Below, one piece after another: positions 38,170 through 47,418 of a stretch of 64,000 nt of DNA. Location: positions 484,863-548,862 of the forward strand of contig CALUTQ010000001.1 in NCBI GenBank assembly GCA_944323745.1, in the 5' to 3' direction. The notes beneath the pieces were generated by a model, which ran no database searches, was not told the DNA's origin, and saw only the letters and a program-made list of their open reading frames with translations. The translations under genes and the position numbers were made by a program. The first letter of the stretch is position 1. Every line of letters begins with the position of its first letter. Source of the DNA: Candidatus Avelusimicrobium pullarium (lineage in GTDB: Bacteria; Elusimicrobiota; Elusimicrobia; Elusimicrobiales; Elusimicrobiaceae).

Positions 38170-38271
38170 GTAAAACTATACAACTATTTTAGCAAATTTT
38201 ATTTGCTTTGGCTATCTTTTTTTAATGGCGTTACGTTTATTTTTTCAGACGGCAGCTTTTATTTTGTGCCG

Positions 38272-39180
38272 TTAAAAACGCAGCATAGACGTATAATCTT
38301 TCAGGCGTTTTTCAATTTCGCCTTTTTTAATGGAGGCCAGCCTTTTGACGCTGAAAGATTCAATGGTAAAAGACGCCATCACATTGCCAATCATCATAGC
38401 GCGTTTAATGGCGGAAAGCGTGTCCCATTTGCGCAGACTGGCCAAATAGCCCGTGGCCCCGCCGCCGAAGGTATCCCCGGCGCCGGTTGTGTCGTACACG
38501 TCTTCCAAAATATAGGGCGGAAACTGCACAATGCCCAATTTGCTGACCAGCATAGAGCCGTTAGGCCCCAGCTTGATGATGACGTGTTGGGCGCCAAGCT
38601 TTAAAATCTTTTTTCCGGCGGTGATTAAATTGTATTCGCCGGTCAGCTGGCGCGCCTCGGCCTCGTTTAAAAAGAACAGATCGGTCTGTTTAAGCACTTT
38701 TAAAAGAGCCGGTTTTTTGGAAGTTATCCAATAGTTCATCGTGTCGCAGGCAACCAATTTGGGCTTTTTAATTTGTTTGAGCACCGAGAGCTGCAATTCC
38801 GGATCAATATTGGCTAAAAACACGGCCTTTACGTCTTTTTGTTCTTTGGTCAAAACGGGGTTAAAGTCTTGAAAAACGTTTAAGTCCGTAAAACGGGTAA
38901 CGGCGTTTTTCAGGTCTTTGTCGTAGCTGCCGCCCCAGTGGAAGGTTTTGCCTTCTTTTACCTGCAGGCCGGAAATGTCTACCCCGCATTTTTTAAACGG
39001 CGCCCGATCGGCAGACGTAAAGTCGGTGCCGACAACCGCCACCACCGAAGGCTTTGCAAAATAGCTGGCGGATATGGAGGAATAACTGGCCGCTCCGCCC
39101 AATACGCGTTCGGCGCGGCCGTGGGAATTTTCTACACTGTCAAAAGCGACAGATCCTATTACTAATATGCGGTTTTTCAC
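38272..39180 (-). CDS. PfkB-family carbohydrate/nucleoside kinase
   Basis: 302 aa. Ribokinase-like fold signature DTTGAGDTFGGG near the C-terminus. N-terminal GSVAFD. Confidence 0.7.
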   Translation of the reverse strand: MKNRILVIGSVAFDSVENSHGRAERVLGGAASYSSISASYFAKPSVVAVVGTDFTSADRAPFKKCGVDISGLQVKEGKTFHWGGSYDKDLKNAVTRFTDLNVFQDFNPVLTKEQKDVKAVFLANIDPELQLSVLKQIKKPKLVACDTMNYWITSKKPALLKVLKQTDLFFLNEAEARQLTGEYNLITAGKKILKLGAQHVIIKLGPNGSMLVSKLGIVQFPPYILEDVYDTTGAGDTFGGGATGYLASLRKWDTLSAIKRAMMIGNVMASFTIESFSVKRLASIKKGEIEKRLKDYTSMLRF

Positions 39181-39182
39181 GG

Positions 39183-39872
39183 TTAAGCCTGTTCGTCCAA
39201 ATAGGTTCTGATTTCAACGCGGTTGTTAAAATCGTCCAGAAAAGCCTGCTGGGCCGTTTCCATTTTGGTTTCAAACAACTGGCGTTCAAAGGCGTCTTTG
39301 TTTTTATCAAAATCTTTCATATTGCCGTTTTGAGTTTGATAGGCAAAGCGCACTTCTTCGGGCGTCAGTTTGTAGATGGAAAAGAGCGCCATACGAAAAC
39401 GGTCGGAAAGTTTGCTGCGGCGAATTTGTTCTTCAAACTGCGCCGGCGTAACGCCCAACTGATGGCGTACGGCATATTCGTAAGCGGTTTTATTAAACTG
39501 GCCGTTCTGGTTAAACTGCGGGGAGGAATGAATGTCAAAAGCCACTTCATAATCTGCCACCGCCATTCCGAATTCTTTAGCGGCTTGGTTGAGCACTTCT
39601 TCGCTGATTAATGCGCTGAGGGTTTGCTGGTTGATGATTTTCATCATATCTTCATCAACGTCCACCCCGTTGTTGCGCAGTACGCGGGCTTGGGCCTCGG
39701 CCGCTTTATAGAGCGTGCGGTAGGTAATGGGGGCAGAGCCTACATCGGCCACGTTGCTGCTAAACGTGCCGCGGCGGTAAGAGTCCAGCCCGATATAGCC
39801 GATGCTGCCGATAAAAAACGCCAGCGTGATGATTAAAATGCTTTTTTTGTATTTGATGAGAAACGAAATCAT
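39183..39872 (-). CDS. membrane-anchored SurA N-terminal-domain chaperone (PpiD-like, no parvulin domain)
   Basis: 229 aa. N-terminal TM helix. Chaperone-domain-like sequence (QQTLSALISEEVLNQAAKEFG). Confidence 0.5.
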   Translation of the reverse strand: MISFLIKYKKSILIITLAFFIGSIGYIGLDSYRRGTFSSNVADVGSAPITYRTLYKAAEAQARVLRNNGVDVDEDMMKIINQQTLSALISEEVLNQAAKEFGMAVADYEVAFDIHSSPQFNQNGQFNKTAYEYAVRHQLGVTPAQFEEQIRRSKLSDRFRMALFSIYKLTPEEVRFAYQTQNGNMKDFDKNKDAFERQLFETKMETAQQAFLDDFNNRVEIRTYLDEQA

Positions 39873-39887
39873 TCTTGTAAATGCTCC

Positions 39888-40283
39888 TTATTTTTCTTCG
39901 TTGGTTTCTTCAGGCGTTTGCGCGGCGGTTTCTTCCCCGCCGATTTTGCACATTCCTTCAATGCGTCCGCCTTCTTCCACAATCATTTTTTGGGCGCGGA
40001 TGTCGCCTTTAATAGAAGCTTTGGACAAAACTTCCAACATATCGGCACAGACGTTGCCTTCTATGTCGCCGCCGCACACCACCGTTTGGCCGGTAACGTC
40101 GCCGGTTATTTTGCCGCCTTCGCCCACAATAACCTGGCGGGCGTTGTCTACAGAGCCTTCCAGTTTGCCGTCAACGCGCAAAGAGCCTTGCACGCTAAGC
40201 GTTCCCTGAAAATAGCATTCCGCGCTGACGATGGAAAAATGTTCGCCGGACGCAAAATCTGAATCTTTTTTTAAGAAGCCCAT
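39888..40283 (-). CDS. bactofilin (polymer-forming cytoskeletal protein, DUF583)
   Basis: 131 aa. Repetitive beta-helix pattern (VDGKLEGSV, ITGDVTGQTVVCGGDIEGNV, IKGDIRAQKMIVEEGGRIEG). Confidence 0.75.
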   Translation of the reverse strand: MGFLKKDSDFASGEHFSIVSAECYFQGTLSVQGSLRVDGKLEGSVDNARQVIVGEGGKITGDVTGQTVVCGGDIEGNVCADMLEVLSKASIKGDIRAQKMIVEEGGRIEGMCKIGGEETAAQTPEETNEEK

Positions 40284-40297
40284 ACTTCCTCCCGGAT

Positions 40298-41218
40298 TTA
40301 TTTAAAATAGTCTCTCGGATTGACGGGACGGCCGTCTTTCCATACTTCATAATGCAGGTGGGTGCCCGTGCTGCGCCCCGTGGTGCCCATAAAAGCAATT
40401 TGCTGGCCGCGTTTGACCACGTCGCCCGGTTTTACTTTAATGCCGGTGGCGTGCGCATACAGGGTGGAATAACCGAAACCGTGGTCAATTAAAACGGCCT
40501 GACCGTATCCGTTCACCCAGCCGGTGTGCCGCACGACGCCGTCCGCCGTAGCCAAAATGGGGCTGTCGGGCTTGCCGGCAAAGTCTAACCCGTTGTGCAT
40601 ATGACCGATAGGCTGGCCAAACGGGTCGCGGCGGTAGCCAAAGCCGGAGCTGATGCGCGCAGACGAAGGCCGGATAGAGGGCGTGGAATGCAGCCCTTCG
40701 CGGCGGTTGGCATAGTACCAGGCAATTTCCTGAAAAGAGGCCAGCCGCTGCTGTGCCGTATCCTGCATTGTGTTGATGTATTTTTCAAATTCTTCCGTAT
40801 CAAAATCTTTTAAATCGGAAGAAAACAGTTCTTTGGCCCGTTCGTCTTCTTTTTCCTGCAGGCCTTTGGGCAAATTGATAAATTTACCGCCGGGCATACC
40901 CAGCATTTGGCGCATTTGCTGTTCGGTGGTTTGGGTTAAATTTAAATAATTGCGCCCGCGTTCCAATTCTTCGGCAATCAGCTTCATTTTAACGCGCATA
41001 ATTTCGTTGTCGGCTTTTGTTAAATGGTAATCATAGGCGCGGCTCCACAGCCACAGCGCCCCCAACGTTAAAGCCAGCCAAGCCAGCAACAGCAATACCA
41101 GCGTCAAACCGGATAATTTAAATTTTCTGGATACGCCGGCCCGCGGCATCAAAATGATGTCTACCCTGTCGCTTAAAAATCTGTTTAACGCATTAATCTT
41201 TTTGCCCATCCTTTTCAT
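40298..41218 (-). CDS. M23 family metallopeptidase (LytM-like) with N-terminal TM and coiled coil
   Basis: HMHNGLDFAG (HxxxD) and GTHLHYEV (HxH) motifs. Confidence 0.85.
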   Translation of the reverse strand: MKRMGKKINALNRFLSDRVDIILMPRAGVSRKFKLSGLTLVLLLLAWLALTLGALWLWSRAYDYHLTKADNEIMRVKMKLIAEELERGRNYLNLTQTTEQQMRQMLGMPGGKFINLPKGLQEKEDERAKELFSSDLKDFDTEEFEKYINTMQDTAQQRLASFQEIAWYYANRREGLHSTPSIRPSSARISSGFGYRRDPFGQPIGHMHNGLDFAGKPDSPILATADGVVRHTGWVNGYGQAVLIDHGFGYSTLYAHATGIKVKPGDVVKRGQQIAFMGTTGRSTGTHLHYEVWKDGRPVNPRDYFK

Positions 41219-41260
41219 TTTATCATATTGGGCTTACTCTTCGGCTGTTTACCCTGCGCA

Positions 41261-43123
41261 TTAACGGCGTTTACCCTGCGCCTTGCTGCGTTTGGCGGGC
41301 GTTTCAACACCGTAAAAGTTTAAAATACCCTGGTAGATGGCCTGCGCAAACTGTTCGCGGCCTTTGGGGCTTAACACCAGTTCTTCCTGTTCGGGCAAAA
41401 TCATATATGCGTTTTCAATTAAAATGCTGGGCATTTCGGGAATGCGCGGAATAAACAGCACGTCATTGGCTATTAAGCCGTTGTCCGGCAGGGCAATCAG
41501 CCGGTTGAACGCTTTATAAACGCTTTCGGCCAAGGCAAAACTGTGCGGATAGGTGTAATAGACCGAATAGCCCCTGGGGGCGGCCAGCGGGTTGACGGTA
41601 TCGGGCAACGCATTATGATGCAGACTGACAAAAATGTGGGCGTTTTGGTCCAGCGCTGTTTGATAACGCGCCGGCAAAGACATATGGTTATTGCCTTGGC
41701 GCGTCATAATTACCGTGGCGCCGGCGGCTTGCAACTTGGGTTTGAGCGCTTCGGCCAAGGCCAGATTGGCTTCATATTCCAATACGCCTGTAGGGCTGAC
41801 CAGCCCGTCGTATGGCGGCACGCGCTTGGGGCTGTGGCCGGCATCAAGCAGTATGCGGGCGCCTTGCAGCGGTTTTTGGGCCGTGGGGGTTATTTGCGGT
41901 TTGTGGCGCAGGGTAAGCAAAAAATCGTTTCCCTCGTAACGGTAGGCATATCCCCACGGTTTTTGGCCTGTTTTAAAATACAAAATAAATTTAATGACAC
42001 CGTCCTGCGGGTCGTTCCATTGGGCTTTGTCCACTATGGGGGAAGTGGCGTCAAAACTGAAATTTTCGGTAAACGAAGGAATATAGTAAAAAGCAATTTC
42101 CATACGGTTATTAAACTCGTGAATAAACACGGGCACCTGTTTGGAAAGGGCCCAGCGGATGCGCGTTTCGTCCGGCGTGGCCAGCGTTTGCATAGACAAA
42201 AGCGCCGCGGGGGCATAGTCTTGCGGGGAAAAGAAGCGTAATTTTTTTTCTTCCAGCCAGGCTTTTTCTCCATTGCCCAAATTTAAACGATACAGTCCGT
42301 TGTCCCGTCCGTCGGCTAATACTTCTCCGTAGGCGCGGTAATACGGATACAAACTGCCCTGACGTACGGCAATTTGGCGCAGTTTTACGCCGGGGTCGTT
42401 GACGCGCGCCGGACGTATTTCCTGCGGGTCCAAAACGCGTATTTTTTCTTCGGCGGTTATTTTTGTCTTGGTCTTGCTGGCCGGATCGTAAAGGGTGTAG
42501 GTTACCTTGGCTTGGCGCGGGCGCTGGTCGTCGCGTATCACATATTTGGCACGATAAAGGCCGGGCGTGCGGGAGTCTTCTTTCAGCTTAATGTTTTTGC
42601 CGTCTTTTAAACCGCTTAAAGAGGCCGTAACCTGAGCCCCCGGCGTGCCGCGGGCAGAAAGATTGACTGTGTCCCCCGGCAAAACCCACAGCGGCAGGGC
42701 GGGGTAGATTTCCGCTTTGTCAAAGCGGGCCTTGTCCGTAAACTCTTGAATGGGGGTGCCGGGTACAACAATGTGGCGCACGGCCTGATAAATTTGATTT
42801 TTGTTTTTGGCCGTGAGCACAAAAGCAAACGTGCCTTGTTCCACCGGCAGATACGTAATAAAAGTGCCGTTGTGGTTTACCGGCACGTTTTGGCCGTTGA
42901 TATCCAGCGTTGCATCCGGAATGTTTAACCGACCAAAGAGATAAACACTTTTTGCGCCGCGGGCAACGGCCATTTTTTCCTGCGGGTACTGCACGGTGAT
43001 GGGTGCTTTTTCGGCTTGAGGCCCCGTTACGGCAGGCAAATACGGCGCGACGGGTAACTCCTGCGCGCGGGCAAATAAAGCGCAAAAAAAGAGCGCCGCC
43101 GCCCATAAAAGTGTTCTTTTCAT
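41261..43123 (-). CDS. N-acetylmuramoyl-L-alanine amidase (Amidase_3) with ~400-aa uncharacterised N-terminal region
   Basis: C-terminal ILLDAGHSP...FVSLHHNA...ILIENAYM amidase pattern. Signal peptide MKRTLLWAAALFFCALFARAQ, with the start taken at 43123. Confidence 0.75.
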   Translation of the reverse strand: MKRTLLWAAALFFCALFARAQELPVAPYLPAVTGPQAEKAPITVQYPQEKMAVARGAKSVYLFGRLNIPDATLDINGQNVPVNHNGTFITYLPVEQGTFAFVLTAKNKNQIYQAVRHIVVPGTPIQEFTDKARFDKAEIYPALPLWVLPGDTVNLSARGTPGAQVTASLSGLKDGKNIKLKEDSRTPGLYRAKYVIRDDQRPRQAKVTYTLYDPASKTKTKITAEEKIRVLDPQEIRPARVNDPGVKLRQIAVRQGSLYPYYRAYGEVLADGRDNGLYRLNLGNGEKAWLEEKKLRFFSPQDYAPAALLSMQTLATPDETRIRWALSKQVPVFIHEFNNRMEIAFYYIPSFTENFSFDATSPIVDKAQWNDPQDGVIKFILYFKTGQKPWGYAYRYEGNDFLLTLRHKPQITPTAQKPLQGARILLDAGHSPKRVPPYDGLVSPTGVLEYEANLALAEALKPKLQAAGATVIMTRQGNNHMSLPARYQTALDQNAHIFVSLHHNALPDTVNPLAAPRGYSVYYTYPHSFALAESVYKAFNRLIALPDNGLIANDVLFIPRIPEMPSILIENAYMILPEQEELVLSPKGREQFAQAIYQGILNFYGVETPAKRSKAQGKRR

Positions 43124-43148
43124 GCTATAAAAATGATAACATAAATTT

Positions 43149-43901
43149 ATGACAACGCGCGAGGACGTAGTTCGCTTTTTAAACGAATATTTGCACAGCG
43201 CCGAAATACCTGACATCAGCCACAATGGGCTGCAGGTGGAAGGGCGCAGCCGCGTGCGCAAAATTGTATTTGGCGTGTCGGCCGGCTTGGAGCTTTTTAA
43301 AAAAGCACAGGCCGCCGGAGCGGATATGATTATTGTGCATCACGGGCTTTTGTGGGGCAAAGAACAGGCACTGACGGGCACATTTGGCCGCCGTGCAGGT
43401 TTTTTGCTGCGCCACGAAATCAGCTTGCTGGGGTATCATTTGCCGTTGGATAAACACCCCCAAATCGGTCATAACGCGTTGTTGCTGAAGGCGCTGGACG
43501 CAAAAGACATTAAACCGTTCGCTTCGTATCACGGGCAGGATATTGGCTTTTACGGGCGGGTTAAGCCCGCCGCGTTGGCCTCTGTCGTACGCAAATTGCA
43601 AAAAACGTGCGCCAGCAAAGCCATTGTGTTGCCTTTTGGCCCCAAACAAGTTGTTACCGTGGGGGCCGTCAGCGGCGGCGGCTGGAGTATGCTGCCGGAT
43701 GCGGCGGCGTTGGGACTGGATGTGTTTGTAACCGGTTCTTTAGACGAACCCGCCTATGAATTAAGCCGCGAAAACCGCATAAACTGCGTGGCTTTGGGCC
43801 ATTATAATTCCGAAAAACCGGGTGTATTGGCCTTGATGAATCTGGTACAAACGCATTTTGACGTTCAGACGCAATTTATTGATGTGCAAAATCCAATTTA
43901 G
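43149..43901 (+). CDS. Nif3-like dinuclear metal center protein (YbgI family)
   Basis: 250 aa. NGLQVEG, IVHHGLLW and LGHYNSE motifs. Confidence 0.8.
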   Translation: MTTREDVVRFLNEYLHSAEIPDISHNGLQVEGRSRVRKIVFGVSAGLELFKKAQAAGADMIIVHHGLLWGKEQALTGTFGRRAGFLLRHEISLLGYHLPLDKHPQIGHNALLLKALDAKDIKPFASYHGQDIGFYGRVKPAALASVVRKLQKTCASKAIVLPFGPKQVVTVGAVSGGGWSMLPDAAALGLDVFVTGSLDEPAYELSRENRINCVALGHYNSEKPGVLALMNLVQTHFDVQTQFIDVQNPI

Positions 43902-43911
43902 GGGAAAACCT

Positions 43912-45147
43912 ATGACGGACGTAAAAAAATTAGTGAAGAAAATAGATGAATATCGCGATTTTATTATAGACGTGCAAACCCAAATGACGGCTTGCCCTGC
44001 CATTACCCCGCACGAAAAAGGCGGCTTGGGCGAAAGCGCCAAAGCGGAATATTTGCTGAAAGTACTGAAAGCGATGAAATTTGACGAAATTAACGTGCTG
44101 GAGGTAAAAGATCCGGCTTCTCCGACGGGGGTGCGCCCCAATATCGTAGCCAAATATTATGGCGAAAACCGCAGCAAAACCCTGTGGGTGATGGCGCATA
44201 TGGACGTAGTGCCGCCGGGCGATTTGTCTATGTGGAAAACCGACCCCTTTAAAGCAGTCGTCAAAGGGGATAAAATTTACGGACGCGGCACGGAAGACAA
44301 CCAGCAAGGGTTGGTGTCGGGCCTGCTGGCGGCCAAGGCCTTGATGGACAGCGGCGTGCGCCCTCCTGTAAACTATGCCTTGCTGTTAAATGCCGATGAA
44401 GAAGTAGGCAGCGACTACGGCATTGTGGCCGTGCTGAAAAAACACGGCAAAATTTTCGGCAAAGAGGACTGCTTTATCGTGCCCGACGGCGGCAACGCCA
44501 AAGGAGATATGGTGGAAATTGCCGAAAAGAATATGATGTGGCTGAAAATCACCGTCATCGGCAAACAAACCCACGCTTCCACCCCGCAAAACGGCAACAA
44601 TGCTTTTGTGGCGGCCAGCCATTTGGTGGTGGCCCTGCGCGATTTGTACAAACAGTTTAATAAAAAAGACCGTTTGTTTGACGTGCCGTACAGCGTGTTT
44701 GAACCGACCAAACACGAAGCCAACGTGCCCAACGTCAATACCATCCCGGGCAGCGATGTGTTTTATTTGGACTGCCGTGTGCTGCCCTGCTATACCAACA
44801 AGCAAGTGCTGGATGCCGTGCTGAAAATAGCCAAAACGGTGGAAAAGAAATTTAAGGTGAAAATTACGGTCAAAGACGTAATCAACGATGCGTCTAAACC
44901 GACGGATAAAAATGCCGAAATCGTTAAACTGGTGACTAAGTACGTCAAAGAAGTTTACCGCAATAACCCCAAAGTGCAGGGCGTAGGCGGCGGCACGGTA
45001 GCCGCGTATTTGCGCAATGCGGGGTTCCCGGCGGTGGTGTACTCTAAACTTGACGAAATGATGCACCAGCCCAACGAATATAGCAGCATCAAAAATACCA
45101 TAGGGGACGGTAAAGTTGTGCTGCTGTCTCTTATGAACCTCAAATAA
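43912..45147 (+). CDS. M20 family metallohydrolase (ArgE/DapE-like)
   Basis: HMDVVPPGD, GRGTEDNQQG and NADEEVGS motifs. ATG at 43912. Confidence 0.75.
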   Translation: MTDVKKLVKKIDEYRDFIIDVQTQMTACPAITPHEKGGLGESAKAEYLLKVLKAMKFDEINVLEVKDPASPTGVRPNIVAKYYGENRSKTLWVMAHMDVVPPGDLSMWKTDPFKAVVKGDKIYGRGTEDNQQGLVSGLLAAKALMDSGVRPPVNYALLLNADEEVGSDYGIVAVLKKHGKIFGKEDCFIVPDGGNAKGDMVEIAEKNMMWLKITVIGKQTHASTPQNGNNAFVAASHLVVALRDLYKQFNKKDRLFDVPYSVFEPTKHEANVPNVNTIPGSDVFYLDCRVLPCYTNKQVLDAVLKIAKTVEKKFKVKITVKDVINDASKPTDKNAEIVKLVTKYVKEVYRNNPKVQGVGGGTVAAYLRNAGFPAVVYSKLDEMMHQPNEYSSIKNTIGDGKVVLLSLMNLK

Positions 45148-45156
45148 GGGGAAACT

Positions 45157-45573
45157 ATGAAAAAAGGCTTTACGGTAATAGAAATTGTTGTCACGCTGCT
45201 TGTGTTTGCGCTGCTTCTTGGCCTGACGGTGCCCAAGTTCATTACGCTGGTGAATAAAGCCCGTGAAGGCAGCACCAAACATCAGCTGGTGCGTCTGCGC
45301 AGCGCCATTGCCGCCTATTACGGCGAAAATCAGGGCGTCTATCCGACCGATAACCTGACCAGCCTGGTGCCCACGTATATAGAGGCCATTCCGCAGGTCA
45401 ATGTGCCGGGGCTGCCCAAAACCAACAAGGTAACCGCCGGCAATTATGAAGCGGCTTTTACCAAGACCGGCGGCTGGGCATACGTCAATGATCCGGCCGA
45501 CCCGCGCTTTGGCGACGTGTTTGTAAACACGGATAAAGAAGACAGCTACGGCAAAGCCTGGAATACCCATTAG
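45157..45573 (+). CDS. type IV pilin / pseudopilin with canonical short leader
   Basis: MKKG|FTVIEIVVTLLVF class III signal (4-aa leader, Glu5). Directly upstream of the prepilin peptidase gene. Confidence 0.8.
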   Translation: MKKGFTVIEIVVTLLVFALLLGLTVPKFITLVNKAREGSTKHQLVRLRSAIAAYYGENQGVYPTDNLTSLVPTYIEAIPQVNVPGLPKTNKVTAGNYEAAFTKTGGWAYVNDPADPRFGDVFVNTDKEDSYGKAWNTH

Positions 45574-45627
45574 TTTTGCGTTCCCCGCGTTTTTTAACGC
45601 GGGGATTTTTTGTATACAGGAGAAGAT

Positions 45628-46410
45628 ATGGACACCCTAGTTTTAGTTTTTTCCGCTGTGTTCGGTTTGATTATTGGCAGTTTTTTAAATGTCTGCATTT
45701 ATCGCATTCCGCAGAATAAATCTATCGTTTGGCCGGGGTCTTTCTGCCCCAAATGCGGCAAACACATCAAATTTTACGACAATATCCCGCTGCTGAGTTA
45801 TATAATCTTGGGCGGCAAATGCCGTTATTGCAAAGAACCCATTTCCTGCCAGTATCCGATTGTGGAATTTTTGACGGGTTTGCTGACGCTGCTGTTTGTG
45901 TGGCATTGGGGGCTGACGGCGTGGACGGGTGTGTTGCTGGTGGCGCTGTACAGTTTAATTATTTTGTCGGTTATTGACTTGGAGCTGATGATTATTCCGG
46001 ACCGTTTTTCTCTGGGCTTGCTGGTGCTGGGGCTGGCGTTTAGCTGGTTGAACCCCAACTTTGACGGCTCTTTTTGGAGCCGCTTTTTGCAGAGTTTGAC
46101 CGGTGCGGCGGTCGGTTTTTTCGGCACGTTGGCGGTGGCGCTTTTAGGCTATGTATTGTTTAAAAAAGAAGCTATGGGCGGCGGGGACGTGAAACTGATG
46201 GGCGGCATTGGCGCCTTTGTGGGTTGGGGCGGCGTTGTGACCACTATTGTATTTGCCTCCGTATTGGGGCTGGTGTACTCCATTTTCCTGATGATTTTTA
46301 AAGGCAAAGGGAAAGGCGACGCCATTCCGTTTGGGCCGTTTTTAAGCGCAGGGGCGCTAATCAACCTATTCTATTTGGTACGGCCGGAAATGCTGGCCAT
46401 TCGGTTTTAA
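45628..46410 (+). CDS. pilD: prepilin peptidase (A24 family)
   Basis: FLNVCIYRIP, zinc-binding CPKCGK...CRYC, catalytic Asp motifs IIPD and GGGDVKLMG. Start taken at the ATG at 45628. Confidence 0.85.
   Translation: MDTLVLVFSAVFGLIIGSFLNVCIYRIPQNKSIVWPGSFCPKCGKHIKFYDNIPLLSYIILGGKCRYCKEPISCQYPIVEFLTGLLTLLFVWHWGLTAWTGVLLVALYSLIILSVIDLELMIIPDRFSLGLLVLGLAFSWLNPNFDGSFWSRFLQSLTGAAVGFFGTLAVALLGYVLFKKEAMGGGDVKLMGGIGAFVGWGGVVTTIVFASVLGLVYSIFLMIFKGKGKGDAIPFGPFLSAGALINLFYLVRPEMLAIRF
46388..46410 (+). repeat. direct repeat copy 1 (3' end of pilD including the stop codon)
   Basis: AAATGCTGGCCATTCGGTTTTAA. Matches 47077-47099 at 22 of 23 positions. Confidence 0.85.
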
Positions 46411-46421
46411 AATCAGTTTTT

Positions 46422-46458
46422 AAAAACAGCGTTTTTGTAAAAACGCTGTTTTTTTTAA
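46422..46458 (+). terminator. rho-independent terminator after pilD
   Basis: AAAAACAGCGTTTTT-GT-AAAAACGCTGTTTTT followed by a T run. Confidence 0.75.
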
Positions 46459-46490
46459 TATAAACTATTAGACGTGTGTTCCTTGTCTAA

Positions 46491-46551
46491 AGGGCTTGTA
46501 TTGTTTTTTTTTTTTGATAAATTTTGTTTATGAACAAAATTTATCAAAAAA
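46491..46551 (+). promoter_or_regulatory. conserved pilin-paralog leader element, copy C
   Basis: AGGGCTTGTATTG + T12 + GATAAATTTTG + TTTATGAA + CAAAATTTATC + A6. Arms at 46510-46526 and 46535-46551. ATG at 46530. Confidence 0.7.
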
Positions 46552-47048
46552 GAAGGATAATACATACAAATTGTTTACAACGCAAATTTGCGGGCTTTAC
46601 ATTGATTGAGCTTTTGGTTGTAGTGTTGATTATTGGTATCTTGGCAGCAATAGCTTTGCCTCAATATCAAAAAGCCGTTTTTAAATCTTGTGCGACGGAA
46701 GGGTATTTGTTGTTTGAGAAGGTAAAAGACGCACAGGAAATGTATAAAATGGAAACCGGAACCTATAGCCAAGATGCCGCAGCCTTAATTTTATCTTTTC
46801 CGAAAGGCCATTCTTCCGATTATGATATTCTGTCTTGCGGGGAGGGATTTTGTTTGCTGCGTTTTACCGAGAGACCCTGTCGTATGAGTTGGGAATATCG
46901 TTGGTATAACAGTGATGCTAGTTTATGGTGTCTTGCTTATAGTAGTTCCGTGCAGGAATATGCCGCTCAATTCTGTGAAGAAAAAGGCTATGTATATTCT
47001 CGTACAAGTACTGCGGGAACATTGTATTATGAACTGCCGGAGAAATAG
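46530..47048 (+). CDS. prepilin-type N-terminal cleavage/methylation domain protein (pilin-like paralog C, 22-aa leader)
   Basis: G|FTLIELLVVVLIIGILAAIALPQY motif. Cys-containing divergent C-terminal domain. Confidence 0.8.
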   Translation: MNKIYQKRRIIHTNCLQRKFAGFTLIELLVVVLIIGILAAIALPQYQKAVFKSCATEGYLLFEKVKDAQEMYKMETGTYSQDAAALILSFPKGHSSDYDILSCGEGFCLLRFTERPCRMSWEYRWYNSDASLWCLAYSSSVQEYAAQFCEEKGYVYSRTSTAGTLYYELPEK

Positions 47049-47076
47049 TTGATTGTATTTTTATTTCATCAAATAT

Positions 47077-47099
47077 AAATGCCGGCCATTCGGTTTTAA
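47077..47099 (+). repeat. direct repeat copy 2
   Basis: AAATGCCGGCCATTCGGTTTTAA. One mismatch to 46388-46410. Confidence 0.85.
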
Positions 47100-47113
47100 T
47101 AGGCTGTTTTTTT

Positions 47114-47146
47114 AAACCCCGTTTGATTTTTCAAACGGGGTTTTTT
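47114..47146 (+). terminator. rho-independent terminator after pilin paralog C
   Basis: AAACCCCGTTTGA-TTTTT-CAAACGGGGTTT followed by a T run. Confidence 0.75.
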
Positions 47147-47418
47147 GTTTGTATCGTCCGGCGATATTGTTTTTGCGTTCGGCGGCAGGGGCGGCAAGGG
47201 TTTGGCAGGACAAAGCATATGCGGAGCCACCATTTTATAAATGCGCACAACTTGTTTGATTTATCGTTCGGTTGAGAACAACGGACGTTTTAAAGTTACG
47301 GCGCAAACAGCCGAAAACTATTTTCACGCCGGTGTAAAGAGCCGTAAGTGCAAAGCGAAAATCGTATATAAAGGGAATAGTAAAAAACAAAAGGCGTAAA
47401 GCAGAAAACAGGGCCGAT

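Noticed and set aside
47147-47418. A ~270-bp ORF-free stretch between the pilin C terminator and rdgB.
   Set aside because: No repeat, convincing hairpin, known ncRNA signature or gene remnant could be recognised by eye. Possibly just promoter or spacer DNA. Worth an Rfam scan but not reportable.
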